Of a stretch of 64,000 nt of DNA, positions 25,576-37,865 are shown in pieces. Every line of letters begins with the position of its first letter. Position 1 is the first letter of the stretch. A program made the position numbers and the translations under genes. Below the pieces are notes generated by a model. The model was not told the origin of the DNA and ran no database searches. It saw only the letters and a list, made by a program, of their open reading frames with translations. Source of the DNA: Octopus bimaculoides (lineage: Eukaryota); the NCBI RefSeq assembly GCF_001194135.2, contig NC_068987.1, forward strand, positions 107,580,004-107,644,003. Reading direction: 5' to 3'.

Positions 25576-25784
25576 AATATAAGACCCAGGTAGGAAGAAA
25601 GTTAGCTCAGAGCAATCCGTTGTGAATATAAAAAGAATCAACTTTCAGGAACAAAAGCGGTTTCTTTTTTTCCATCGAAGAACGATCAGCTGGAAAAAAA
25701 GTAAGACTTACGGAACGGTATATGTGAAAGCCAGAATAGATATGTTTCATAGGCAGTGGAACCTCATGCCAAGGATTCGATTAA

Positions 25785-27055
25785 TTCCGTTCTGCTGCCA
25801 GTTGCAATAGAGCGCTTCGAAGATATCGGAGAACAAGTCTGGTATATTCACGTAAAGCTCGTAGGGCAGACCAGCCAAACTGGGTGAGTTGCGCCTCGTG
25901 CAACTGAAAAAGGGCATCCTGAATTTCAGCTGAAGCTATCTGCCTTTTGCAACACAGGAAATTGGCCGTGGAGAGGCGCGGCAAGCCGTCGAGGTAGGGA
26001 CTGAAATCCGCTACTGTCTGTGACCCGACGCTGCCCCCAAACAACTGAGCAAATTGTTGACGAAAGGTCTCACACGTCTGCTTCGAATCGCTCACGTTGT
26101 GTCCGTCTCGGTTCGTCAAAGACCGACTTATGGTTTTGTTACCACGTTGCGCCTCCGTCACGTGGGCCTATCGAATAGCTTTCATCCCCTCGTTTCTCAG
26201 AGCACGCGCCTTAGCTCTGACAACGCAAACTTCATGTTTTGCATTGAAGAAATAGTCTAATGCTATTCTCGCTGCTAATACGTTGGTTGCAATGCCACTA
26301 CAAAATGCCTCGTCAAACTTATCTACTAGTTCCTCCCCGATTCTATTTTTTTCTAACACTACTTCTTTGCTAAACCCTATCGATATTACTGTAATCTCTA
26401 TTTTTGAGAGCTCCCCCCACCACCACCACCTGATGTTGACGACCCCACTCCTGTCAACTTTTGCTTAACTAAATTGTTTAGCCGATTCTTATTAGCCTTA
26501 CATGCCGAAGACATGTTCAGCTTCCTGTAACCGGGTCCCGACGTACGAATCTTGTATAGGCCGGCCGCACAGATTACAAATTTATGATATGAATAGGCGA
26601 CCGTTTTAAGTGGACATCCTACACTATTACTGTCTATTTTCTGAGTGAAAATGCTGTCTATATAAGATCTAGATGACATTATGCAGTTGGTTCAGGTTCA
26701 CACTGGCGCATTAGAGAAATCTCATCGGTACCTGTCAGACAGTTGGAACTGGCTGATCAGGTACTTGAGGCTTTTGCACCCCTCACTTTTATCAGCTACT
26801 CTCACACGATCCTAGCATGCGCCTAATACGCCCTTCCAGTCCACCAATTACAGTAAAGGGTGAGACTTAACCAGAAAGGCTTCCAGAAGCCTAATGAAAT
26901 GCGGCCGTTTGGCTCCGGTAGGAGTATAGATGGCCACTACTCTAAAGACAGCAGTTTCGCTATTACTATTCGCTATCGCATCCAGGACCACCAAATTACC
27001 GCCAGGGTCCCGGAAGATAGACTTTACCTCGAGATCCAGGTCTCTCATAAACAAA
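25785..27055 (-). pseudogene. L1/Tx1-type LINE ORF2 fragment: apurinic-like endonuclease, linker, start of RT
   Basis: Track ORFs 26848-27120 (DPGGNLVVLD...FRVVAIYTP) and 26398-26679 (SRSYIDSIF...YSYHKFV...GPGYRKLN) are in one frame, joined by LVDWK...LISQFQLSDRYR...PV*T*TN; then 26168-26359 and 25781-26161 (FRQQFAQLF...AEIQDAL, followed by frameshifted SPGLDGLPY-like text). Multiple stops and a deletion. Confidence 0.85.
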
Positions 27056-27063
27056 ACTGCCAT

Positions 27064-27098
27064 AAATCGACCTCGACGGAATTTGAACTCTGAACGTA
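27064..27098 (-). mobile_element. Family B SINE internal fragment abutting the LINE 5' truncation
   Basis: Minus strand TTACGTTCAGAGTTCAAATTCCGTCGAGGTCGATTT. Confidence 0.6.
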
Positions 27099-28509
27099 AT
27101 AATAATAATAATAATAACAATGATTATAACGTATTCGCAAATACATATATGTGTATTGTGTATATATAATAGACACAACACACACACACAAATATTCATG
27201 GGTATGTATAAAACATTGCTGCGCATTATCAGAGCGTCCTTAATAAGGCGAAATTCATGTTTGAATGTATGTGTATCTGAATGAATATATGTATGTAGGT
27301 TTATATATATGTATCATGCATATATAATGCATATAGGTGTGCCTGGTGTGTGTGCGTGTGTATTTCCGTATGCGCATGTGTGTAGACAGGCACGTATATC
27401 TATTTATATACATGTATACATATATATTTAAGCATTAATTTTCGTGTACATTTATGTATTTTTATAGCATTTATAAACATGGAATTATATGCACACACAC
27501 GCAGGCGCATGCACTGCTAGAATTGCAGTTTACTTAATTGGCTGTAAATTCATCTATACGTTAAAGAAATTTAGATTAAGTCTTTATAAAATTTGCTATT
27601 GGTAGGAGTAGAAAAACATGTGATTTCTTAGGAAACGTTGACAATGCATGTTATTGTACAGGAAGCGAGTGGAATAATATAAGACCAAATAACAGTAGCA
27701 ATAACTATTTTGAACTAAGAATTATGCAAGATACCGCATAACAAAAACTGAAACGTTTTTAATGCTAATTGGTGAGAAAATCAACACTTAGAAAATGCTA
27801 TATTTTTTATGGCAGTTGCGATAACTCGACTACAATAAGAGATTTCTTTCTTCACACACATGCTCCCTCTCTCACTCTCTCTTCCTCTCTCTCGCTCACT
27901 TACACACATACGCACACGCTCATATATACACGTATTATACATACATACCACATTAAATATGAGAAGAGAATAGGAATTAATAATAATAATAACCGACATA
28001 GACTTCTTTTGCTTAGAGTTGTTTCTGCTCTGAGTTGTAGTGAACACAGAGCTGGGTGCTTGTGCACTAATTTAGCAGCTCTGAAGGAGCTATAATGAGA
28101 AGCACAGGCACTCAGGTTTCAGTGTACTGCATTTCACAGCAGAAACAGCTCTTTTCTAATGAAGATGAGTCCGCAATTCCTGTTTGTTTGTCATATAATA
28201 TTCATTTTTGTATTACCATCCGTGCTCGCACAATGCTTTATTTTGAAATATATGTATATTTAGTTCATACATACATACATACATATATATATGTATACCA
28301 ACATACATACATACATACGTATATATATTTGGCGCTAAATTCGAAATAATGGTATCAAATTAACTAGCTTTACTTTTGCTGACCTAGCAGAGGTTAGACG
28401 ATATTATTGTTCACCAGGGTGTTTTTCTTATCATGCTTGTATTAATTATGTGACTATTCTATGGGACAAGAATATTTTTGACTTCTATATTTAGCGTAGC
28501 AAGTGCTCG

Positions 28510-28705
28510 TGTAGTGTTTGTCACCCTAACATCACTTGACAACCGATGCTGGTGTGTTTACGCCACCCTAACTTAGCGGTTTGGCAAAAGAGTCGATTTT
28601 ATAAGTACTAACTTACAAAGAATAAGTCCTTGGGTCAATTTGCTCGACTAAACGTGATGCTCTGGCATGGCCGCATTCAAATGACTGAAACAAATACAAA
28701 AATAC
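28510..28705 (+). mobile_element. Family A SINE 3' half
   Basis: CATCACTTGACAACCGATGCTGGTGTGTTTACG...GGCATGGCCGCATTCAAATGACTGAAACAAAT. Confidence 0.8.
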
Positions 28706-28734
28706 AAAAAAAAGAAGAATATATATATATATAA

Positions 28735-28958
28735 TCTTTTACTTGGGTTCAGTAATTCGACTGCAGCCATCCTAGAGAACCGCCTTCGAAGATTTTATTG
28801 AATTGAATTGACAGCAGTAGTTTTTCTTTTTTTAAACGAAGTACTTATTCGGTAGTTTATTTATTTATTTTTTTTACGGGGACGTAAGCACACCAACACG
28901 TTGTATATTAGTGGAGGGGGACAAACACAGACACAAAGGCACCCTCAAATATACGCCT

Positions 28959-28992
<34 letters not shown>

Positions 28993-29150
28993 TGTATATA
29001 TGTATGTATATACGACGGACTTTTTTCTGTTTCCGTCTGCCAAACCCACTCGCAAGGTACTGGTCGGTTAGAAGCTGTTTTAGAAGACACTTGCTCACGT
29101 GGCTACCCATTACGACTGAACTCAGTACCATGCGGTTTGCAAAGAAATGC
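28735..29150 (-). mobile_element. Family A SINE with internal (TACA)n
   Basis: Aligns to other family A copies; tail-to-tail with the 28510-28705 copy. Confidence 0.75.
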
Positions 29151-29614
29151 ATTTATTTAAGAATTTTACATTCAACAATCTTTTTACTGTTTTAAGGCGA
29201 TGAGCTGGCTAAAACGTTAGCACGCCGGNNNNNNNNNNNNNNNNNNNNNNNNNNNNNNNNNNNNNNNNNNNNNNNNNNNNNNNNNNNNNNNNNNNNNNNN
29301 NNNNNNNNNNNNNNNNNNNNNNNNNNNNNNNNNNNNNNNNNNNNNNNNNNNNNNNNNNNNNNNNNNNNNNNNNNNNNNNNNNNNNNNNNNNNNNNNNNNN
29401 NNNNNNNNNNNNNNNNNNNNNNNNNNNNNNNATGAAATAAAACTGAATTAGTACCTGGTCAATATCGATAATATGAAGTAACAAAAAATACAGATTTGAT
29501 TTATTTTACAATCTGGATGAATATTTCTTAATTATTCTATCTTAATTTCTTGGAAAATGAAATTGAAGTCAGCTTTAGAGGCCAGTATATTATTTTGTTG
29601 GCTTTCTTTATTGC

Positions 29615-30150
29615 ATCCCTTTTTGCTTGCTTCAGTCATAGGTATCCGGCCTAGATGGAGCACCGCCATGAAGAATTAATTCCAAGAATTGACTCCAGTA
29701 TATTTTTTTGAAGTCTGGTAATTATTCTATCGTTTTTTTTTCATTTTTTTTTTGTTTCTTCTTACCGAAGTACTGCGTTACGGAAACGTAAATTAACAAA
29801 GGTCGGTTGTTAAGCGGTGTGTGTGTGGTGAGAGGGTACATACACTGAGGCAAACAAGCACACACACACACACACAAACACACACACAGAAAAAACAAAC
29901 ACACACACACACACATACGATGGGCTTCCACAGAGGTTCTTGTTTCTTTATTGCCCACAAGGGGCTAAACAGAGAGGACAAACAAGGACAGACAAAGAGA
30001 TTAAGTCGATTACATCGATCCCGGTGTCTACCAAATGCACTCACATAACATTAGTTGTCTCGGAGATATGATAGAAGTTTATTGTCAAATGTGCCGCATA
30101 GTCGGATGGAGCTCTAAACCACGTGGCTTCAATGCGCGCTTCTTAACCAC
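29615..30150 (-). mobile_element. Family A SINE interrupted by a family B tail (29943-30025)
   Basis: Family A text GGGCTTCC...|...GTCTACCAAATGCACTCAC is split by TTTCTTTATTGCCCACAAGGGGCTAAAC...TTAAGTCGATTACATCGATCCC. Confidence 0.75.
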
Positions 30151-30179
30151 ATTGTCATGCCAATTTTTTGTAAAATATT

Positions 30180-30345
30180 AATGGTTTTTCGTCTGTCTTT
30201 ACATTCTGAAATCAAATTCCGCCGAGGTGGACTTTGCCTTTCATACTTTTGGGATCGATAGTTTAAGTATTAGTTGCGTACTGGGGTCGATCTAATCGAC
30301 AAGGCCCCTCCCCAAAAAAGTCGGGCCTTGTGTGTAGAGTAGAAA
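30180..30345 (+). mobile_element. Family B SINE, 5'-truncated
   Basis: TTTCGTCTGTCTTTACATTCTGAAATCAAATTCCGCCGAGGTGGACTTTGCCTTTCAT...GGGGTCGATCTAATCGAC. Confidence 0.8.
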
Positions 30346-31151
30346 ATACTTTCTTGTAAAGTAATACGTCAGTAAAGTAATACGTCAGTCGCTGAAATTT
30401 TCTATACTTAGAGCATATTGCAAAGCACTTTATTTCATACATAATTTTAATGTAGCAAACTCTATTGTATTTATCGTTTTATATTTGTACACACATACAC
30501 ACGCACACACACGTACGTACACACACACACACACATTATCCCATGTATTTTTAATCTAGCATCTAGCGACAAACAACTTTTGGCAGCAACCATCACAATT
30601 TTATAATTGTACCGTTTCCAATTGCATTTAAATAGCCTTATTTCTCATCTGAATCGCATATAAATTCAAATTCGTTTTCTTACGTAATATTTTTTGTCTT
30701 CAGGTCAGAATCGGAAATTATGTTTCCCTCAACACTCTTCCCTTGACGCTGTTCGTATAGAGAAACTGTTATGTTTTGTCTTCTATTTCCTTAGATTTTG
30801 TTTATTGTTTTCTTTCTTTATTCATCTAGTCTAGCTTCTTTTGCTTTCAGGCAGAAAGAAATGAAACAGTCCGGTTACCAAAGTGAACGAATTCACGTTA
30901 GATCTGCAGGACAAGCAGACACGGTAATATCGTTGGTGTTTATCCAAAAGAGAATATAAACAATGAACTTTGTATGATTCTCCATCAATGTCCTGCAAAT
31001 CTTTTACGATAGTCTGCAACAGAAATCTTTAACTGTATTATTTCCACAAAATAACTTATATTTTTCAACATTTCAATGATTAGATTTATATAGTTTTGTT
31101 TAAATAAATAAACGCCGAAATTAATTAGGAGAAATTTAATTAAAAAAATTC

Positions 31152-31183
<32 letters not shown>

Positions 31184-31670
31184 TTATGAGCGTGTATGTA
31201 TGTATATACCTATATATACATATCGATGTATGTGTTTTCGTGTGTATGATGCACCTAAAACATTTTCTATCTAAAGAGTTAGATTCTCATTTTATCGTTG
31301 TCTTTATATTTTTATTGTTTTTATAGTTAATCAAATTTGTTACAAAGAAAACTTTACATTTCAATGCAAATATAACACTTTAGAATACTTCTTCCAATTT
31401 CAAATTCATTACATTTCATCTTTAATACAATAGCACCTTTTGATACCTTTTTAAATACATAAACAGTTAGAAAGTGTGCATATGTATTATACATACTTAT
31501 GCACACACACNNNNNNNNNNNNNNNNNNNNNNNNNNNNNNNNNNNNNNNNNNNNNNNNNNNNNNNNNNNNNNNNNNNNNNNNNNNNNNNNNNNNNNNNNN
31601 NNNNNNNNNNATAATAATAATAATAACAATAATAATGATGATAATAATAATAAATAATAATAATAATAAT

Positions 31671-31928
31671 GAAAAGTGTAAAAGGTGTGCCTGTAATAAT
31701 TGGTGCATTGGGAACTTTAGGCGAAAATGGCTAAAGAAGATTGAAATAGAATGTCCTGTAGAGTTTATACAGAAAGTTGACCTCTTAGGGACAGGATGGT
31801 TTATCAGGAGGGTTCTAAGCACTTGAAAAAGCTATTGAAAGCTTGTGAATACCTAAGGTTGCAGGTAGTAATCCGCTACCTGTATAAATCCTGCCGGGAA
31901 TAAGACCGAACCTGAGTCAAATAAAAAA
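31671..31928 (+). pseudogene. R4/Dong-type LINE 3' end (end of RLE domain plus 3' UTR)
   Basis: VKGVPVIIGALGT / KWLKKIEIECPVEFIQKVDLLGTGWFIRRVLST* (stop 31824-26) matches the R4/Dong C-terminal VPVI.GALG...LQK..LLGT..IIRRVL; preceded by (AAT)n, followed by (ATG)n/(GTG)n. Confidence 0.75.
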
Positions 31929-33444
31929 TGATGATGATGATGGTGGTGATGGTGGTGGTTGTTGTGATGGTGGTGGTGGTGGTGGTGGTGGTTGTAGTGA
32001 TGGTGGTGATGGTGGTGGTGGTGGCAAAAGGACTGAGAAAGAAAAGTAGAGGAGCAGAAGCAAGAAGAATAGGCGGCTCTACGTTTATAACAATAGGAGA
32101 CGAAAGATAGGAAGGAAGAGAAAGAAGGAAGGAAGAAAAGGAGGAAGGAAGAAAAGGAGGAAGACGTGAAGAAAGACACAAGAATAAACATGAAGAAAAG
32201 TCGAAAACATCACGCAATTTCGTGGTTTGCTGTTTAAAATGTTATGTTTGCACTTAGTTGTATATTAATTATTCTATTCATTGAAAGTCATGCGTAGAGT
32301 GTATACAAGTGTGTACAATGTGTACAATGCATCATGGGATAATGTTAAAGACACTTCGGTTGACTCGCAGCGCTTACATATACAACCGTATATACATATA
32401 CACATTCACAGACACATACATATCTATATCTGTGTATGTATGTATGTATCTAAAAATCTATCTATCTATCTATCTATCTATTTATATATATGTATATATA
32501 TATTTATATAAATAAGGATAAGATCGGTATTTAAAATATTGATCTTANNNNNNNNNNNNNNNNNNNNNNNNNNNNNNNNNNNNNNNNNNNNNNNNNNNNN
32601 NNNNNNNNNNNNNNNNNNNNNNNNNNNNNNNNNNNNNNNNNNNNNNNNNNNNNNNNNNNNNNNNNNNNNNNNNNNNNNNNNNNNNNNNNNNNNNNNNNNN
32701 NNNNNNNNNNNNNNNNNNNNNNNNNNNNNNNNNNNNNNNNNNNNNNNNNNNNNNNNNNNNNNNNNNNNNNNNNNNNNNNNNNNNNNNNNNNNNNNNNNNN
32801 NNNNNNNNNNNNNNNNNNNNNNNNNNNNNNNNNNNNNNNNNNNNNNNNNNNNNNNNNNNNNNNNNNNNNNNNNNNNNNNNNNNNNNNNNNNNNNNNNNNN
32901 NNNNNNNNNNNNNNNNNNNNNNNNNNNNNNNNNNNNNNNNNNNNNNNNNNNNNNNNNNNNNNNNNNNNNNNNNNNNNNNNNNNNNNNNNNNNNNNNNNNN
33001 NNNNNNNNNNNNNNNNNNNNNNNNNNNNNNNNNNNNNNNNNNNNNNNNNNNNNNNNNNNNNNNNNNNNNNNNNNNNNNNNNNNNNNNNNNNNNNNNNNNN
33101 NNNNNNNNNNNNNNNNNNNNNNNNNNNNNNNNNNNNNNNNNNNNNNNNNNNNNNNNNNNNNNNNNNNNNNNNNNNNNNNNNNNNNNNNNNNNNNNNNNNN
33201 NNNNNNNNNNNNNNNNNNNNNNNNNNNNNNNNNNNNNNNNNNNNNNNNNNNNNNNNNNNNNNNNNNNATGTATGTATGTATGTATGTATGTATGTATGTA
33301 TGCATGTATGTATGTATAATATATACGGACACACTCTTTACTCTTTTACTCGTTGCCTCATTTGAGCCATGCGGCCGTGTTCATGCTAGAGCACCACCAC
33401 ATATCCAAATACACAACTCTAAAATTTACGACAGAAACACAAAA

Positions 33445-33888
33445 GACGACGAGCTGGCAGAAACGTTAGCACGCCGGGCGAAATGCTTAGTGTTATTTCG
33501 TCTGTCTTTACGTTCAGAGTTCGAATTCCGCCGAGCTCGACTTTGCCTTTCATCCTTTCGGTGGCGATAAAGTAAAGTACCAGTTACGCACTGGGGTCGA
33601 TGTAATCGACTTAATCCCTTTGTCTGTCCTTGTTTGTCCTCTCTATGTTTAGCCCCTTGTGGGCAATAAAGAAATACGAAACGTTAGCACGCCGACTGCT
33701 TAGCGGTATTTCGTCTGAATTTACGTTCTGAGTTCAAATTCCGCCGCGGTCGATTTTGCCTTTCATCCTTTTGGGGTGAATAAATTACGTACCAGTTACG
33801 CACTGGGGTCGATGTAATCGACTTAATCCCTTTGTTTGTCCTTGTTTGTCCCCTCTATGTTTAAGCCCTTGTGGGCAATAAAGAAATA
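33445..33888 (+). mobile_element. Head-to-tail dimer of family B SINE
   Basis: Copy 1 33445-33676 full length; copy 2 starts at GAAACGTTAGCACGCCG (33678) and ends GGGCAATAAAGAAATA. Confidence 0.9.
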
Positions 33889-33889
33889 A

Positions 33890-33992
33890 GAAACACAGAA
33901 GACAAAGTGAGAATAAGGGGAATTTACTTAGTTTAACGTTTAAGATGAGGAAAGTGTGTCTCTGACGTTTCGATCTCAAGTGTTTTTTCAGG
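33890..33992 (-). mobile_element. PLE pLTR tail with degenerate hammerhead
   Basis: Minus strand CTGAAAA...GAGATC GAAA CGTC AGAG...AACGTTAAACTAAGTAAATTCCCC; tail resembles the 17670 family. Confidence 0.45.
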
Positions 33993-34220
33993 TAATTGGA
34001 TAACCAGAAGAAGGAATAAACTGTGAGAAACGAAATAATTATACGGGAATAAAGAAGATACTTGTATACTTGTCATTATGTATAATGTTTAAATAGCGGA
34101 GATAGAATCAGCGGCAGTAACTTCGACGGTGTGAGTTTCAAACGTAGGAGTGTAAGGCAAACATGACATCAAACATTGCCAAAGATGCTGTTAATATAGA
34201 TCTATTAGGGACTTTCTGTG

Positions 34221-34292
34221 AAGGCACGTGGTTTAGTGGTTAGGGTGTTCTGTTCAGACTCATAAGGTCGTGAGTTCGAAAACCGATAGCGC
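34221..34292 (+). mobile_element. Isolated tRNA-derived SINE head
   Basis: GGCACGTGGTTTAGTGGTTAGGGTG (A box)...GTGAGTTCGAAAACC (B box). Confidence 0.65.
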
Positions 34293-34324
34293 ATGGGCAG
34301 TAAGTTCGGAGAAGTGTGTAAGCT

Positions 34325-34487
34325 GATTATCGGCCCCGGTTTTCAACTGGTACCTATTATATCGACCATGGAAGAATGGAAGGGACAGTCGACTTCGGCA
34401 TAATTTGAACCCAGAACGGAAAGGCAGATGAGATGCTACTAAGCGTTTTTGTCGGGCGTGCAAATGATTCTGCCTGTTAGCCGCCTC
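34325..34487 (-). mobile_element. Family B SINE, degenerate
   Basis: CAACTGGTACCTATTATATCGACC...GTCGACTTCGGCATAATTTGAACCCAGAACG...GATTCTGCCTGTTAGCCGCC on plus. Confidence 0.7.
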
Positions 34488-34571
34488 AGTTGAGAGTATC
34501 TTTATTTAATACTAAGCCAGGCAGGTCTATCACATAGACTTCCCCGTTGTGACTATCTGAACTTATGGTAT

Positions 34572-34756
34572 GGCGGGAGCTGGCAGAATCGCTAGCACGC
34601 CGGGCGAAATGCTTAGCGGTACTTATTTAATCGACCTTTCGGGGTCGATTAAATAAGTACCAGTTACGCACTGGGGTCGATGTAATCGACTTAATCCCTC
34701 TGTCTGTCCTTGTTTATCCCCTCTATGTTTAGTCCATTTTGGGCAATAAAGAAATA
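34572..34756 (+). mobile_element. Family B SINE with internal segment replaced by an inverted repeat
   Basis: Head and tail nearly identical to 33445-33676; 34618-34661 is a 19-bp perfect hairpin. Confidence 0.85.
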
Positions 34757-35772
34757 TCTGAACTTATAAAGCATATCTCCAGAGTTACATGTCCATTTTT
34801 TATAGGTTAAGAGCAGATCAGGTTTGACCGAATATACTTGAGATGACTTTAGGACGATTTGACTGACATATGAACAGGCGGCGGTACCACATAGAAACTA
34901 ATTTGCTTGATGTGATGTATGCAGCTCTCATATTCATTAAGTTTCTGGAAAGATTCCGTAATCTTATTGTTTTGAAACTAAATACATGGTGAATACGTCA
35001 GCTGCCTGACTAACAAAACGTTGTGGAGGAGCAGGGTATTCACGTTTCCTTTCTTGTAATCTAATTTATATTATTGACTACAAAATCGAGAAAAGGATGA
35101 TGTTAGATTTAAAGTCGGACATAATTCTTTTTGCTAAATGTCTCCAGAAAGAGAGTTTACTGCTTCTACACCTTTCTCGAACAGTATTAATATACCAAAA
35201 AATTAGAGAAAGTCTTCATCCTCTTCGAAACTGACAAAATGTGCTAACAGTGCTGACAAAATTTCCATCACAAGATAATAGTTTAAACTATTATTAAGGA
35301 AGGAAATTAAACAAACTGGAATGCTCTCATTAATTATGAGCCGGATAAAATGGAAGTCAAACACAGTACTGAGTTTCTGAACTGCTGTTATCTCTTCTTC
35401 AACATTAAAGGCGACAAAATTAATTTCCTCTATAAAACTTACTGTTTGACTTATCTTTCATAGGCCCCAGAACACGTAAGGCTGGGTCGAAATCCCGTTT
35501 CCTTGGCATGAAAATAACTGAGAGGATAAAAATCCTCACTGAAAGAGACGATGGCTAAATGGCAGATTTGTAAGAGTGGAGCAAACAAATATAATTAATT
35601 GATCTTTACTTAATAGACTCATATCAAAAGTCAAGGCTAAACGTGTGTGTGTTTGTGTGCGTGTGTATATGTATGTGTGTATGTGGAGCGTTTGTACATG
35701 TGTGTGTGTGTGTATGTGTGTATGAGTGTGTTGTATAGACAGACTCGTGGACAGACAGATATATAGACATAC

Positions 35773-35813
<41 letters not shown>

Positions 35814-37696
35814 TATAGATAGATAGATTGATAGATAGATGAATAGGTAAAGATATAGTCGCATATGCCTTTGTCTATTCACAGATTTGTAAAATATATC
35901 AAAAAATACGCTTGACATGATCATGAATTTTTTGATACAGTCACAGCATTTGAAATAAATTTTCTTTAATTAAAAATGATTAATTTTCGCGAGATTCTAT
36001 AGAAAAAGATAATTCAAATAACGAAGTTGCTTATCCGTATCTGAATGGTTGCTTAAGACATGTATGACCTATGTTGAAAGCAGCGGAAAACGCTTACACA
36101 GAATCTTCCTTTCATAAGATATGTGTATATCTTGTTTTGTTTTCTATAATCAATATTTTTTAAACATATTTTTAAACAGGTGCGCGCACACACACACGCA
36201 TACATACTCAAACACACACACACACACATATACACAAAAACGCGCGCACGCGCACGCGCACGCACACACACACACACACATGCATAAGCTTGGTCATTGT
36301 AGAAATGAATTAATTTCGGTGGTTGCAAATGATGAGGGTTTCGTTTGTGTTATAAGCAGAAGACTTGTAGTTGTGTTATTCAGTGAAATGCTTCTGACTT
36401 TCGATAAAATTCTTCCCTCTGTCTGTCACTCTCATCCTACCCCCATTATCTGGTCTAATTTCACCAATCACTCTCTCTACCCCTCTCTCTCTCTCCCTTT
36501 CTTTCTCTGTCTCTTGTTATTTCTTTATCTCTCGCATTCTCTTGTCTTATTTCACTCTTAAATCCTATTAATCACTTTCTATTTCTCTCTCTTTAACTTA
36601 AATTTCCCCTTCTCCATCCTCTCCAATTACTCTTTTCCTGTCAAAACCCTCCCTCCTTTTTCTCTTTAACAATAATTCACAAATTCTTCCAGACACAAAA
36701 TTATAGTGTTTCGATTAAATTCTATTTAAATTTTTCTTGATTTCTTGTATATGTCTTTGTATGATTTGGCCATTTTAATTTTTTTTTCTGATGTGAGTGA
36801 ATGTGTACAGGTAAGAGTAGGCTGGAAACTGCGTATGTGCGTGTGCTGCTTTAACCGATAGTGTGTATTCTTGTGTTATGAGTATGATAGTGTTAGAGTG
36901 TGTGTGTCCATACGTCTCAGCGCGTATGCGTACGTTTGTGAGTGGTTGTGTATATAAAGTGCATGCTATCAGTCTGTCTAGACAAATCATTGAAAATGCA
37001 CGAATAATTTTCATTTTGTTGAGCAGCAGATCGTTGTTTTCATTATTCTCCTCCTCATCATGAACATCATTATAATTATCTCTTCGTCCTACGCACCAAC
37101 ACTCCCACACTCACACACACACACACACACACATTATCTCCTCATTATCATCACCGACATGTTTTCCATTTCCATCTCATCGCTTTACCGATACCAAATT
37201 TACTTATTTTCCACCTGTCTGTTTCGGTGCTTCCACCTCTTCCACTTTCACCTGGTTCACCTCTCCATTCTCCTCTTTCTCCTACACCGCTTCCGTAACA
37301 TAACTAAGGATTTTGTTTTAAAGCTGCCTCTTATTTCACTAATCTCTTTTTCCTAGCAATGCTATAGTTGTTTTTCAAATTTCAAATTTCAAATAGCAAA
37401 TATGGAGTACATTGTTGCTACGCAGGATGTTTATTTACAAGCAACCTGTCCACTTCACGATCTTGCCTTCAATTGTGAAATTATTTTTTAGTTTCTAGTC
37501 TATAACATATAAATTTAAGTGTCAACATTACTCTTTCCACTCACAGTAAGCATCCGATTCTATAATAGTTGTCTTTGCCGCCATATATTCACTCACGTTT
37601 ACTTTTCTACTCATTTGATAAGGTGTTTTTCTGCAGACAAACAACCAGTCCGTTATTGAGTATACAGGTAAAAAATTTGCATGTTGTGGACAGAGA

Positions 37697-37865
37697 GGCG
37701 CAGGCGTGGCTGCTTGGTAAGAAGCTTGCTTTTCAATCACATGCTTCCAGGTTCTGTCCCACTGCATGTCAGCTTAGGCATGTATCTTCTAATCTAGCCT
37801 TTGGCGGACCAAAGCCATGTGAGTGGATTTGGTAGATGGAAACTGCCAGAAGTCCGTCGTATATA
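37697..37865 (+). mobile_element. Family A SINE 5' half
   Basis: GGCGCAGGCGTGGCTGCTTGGTAAG...CCAGGTTCTGTCCCACTGC...GTGAGTGGATTTGGTAGATGGAAAC. Confidence 0.8.
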
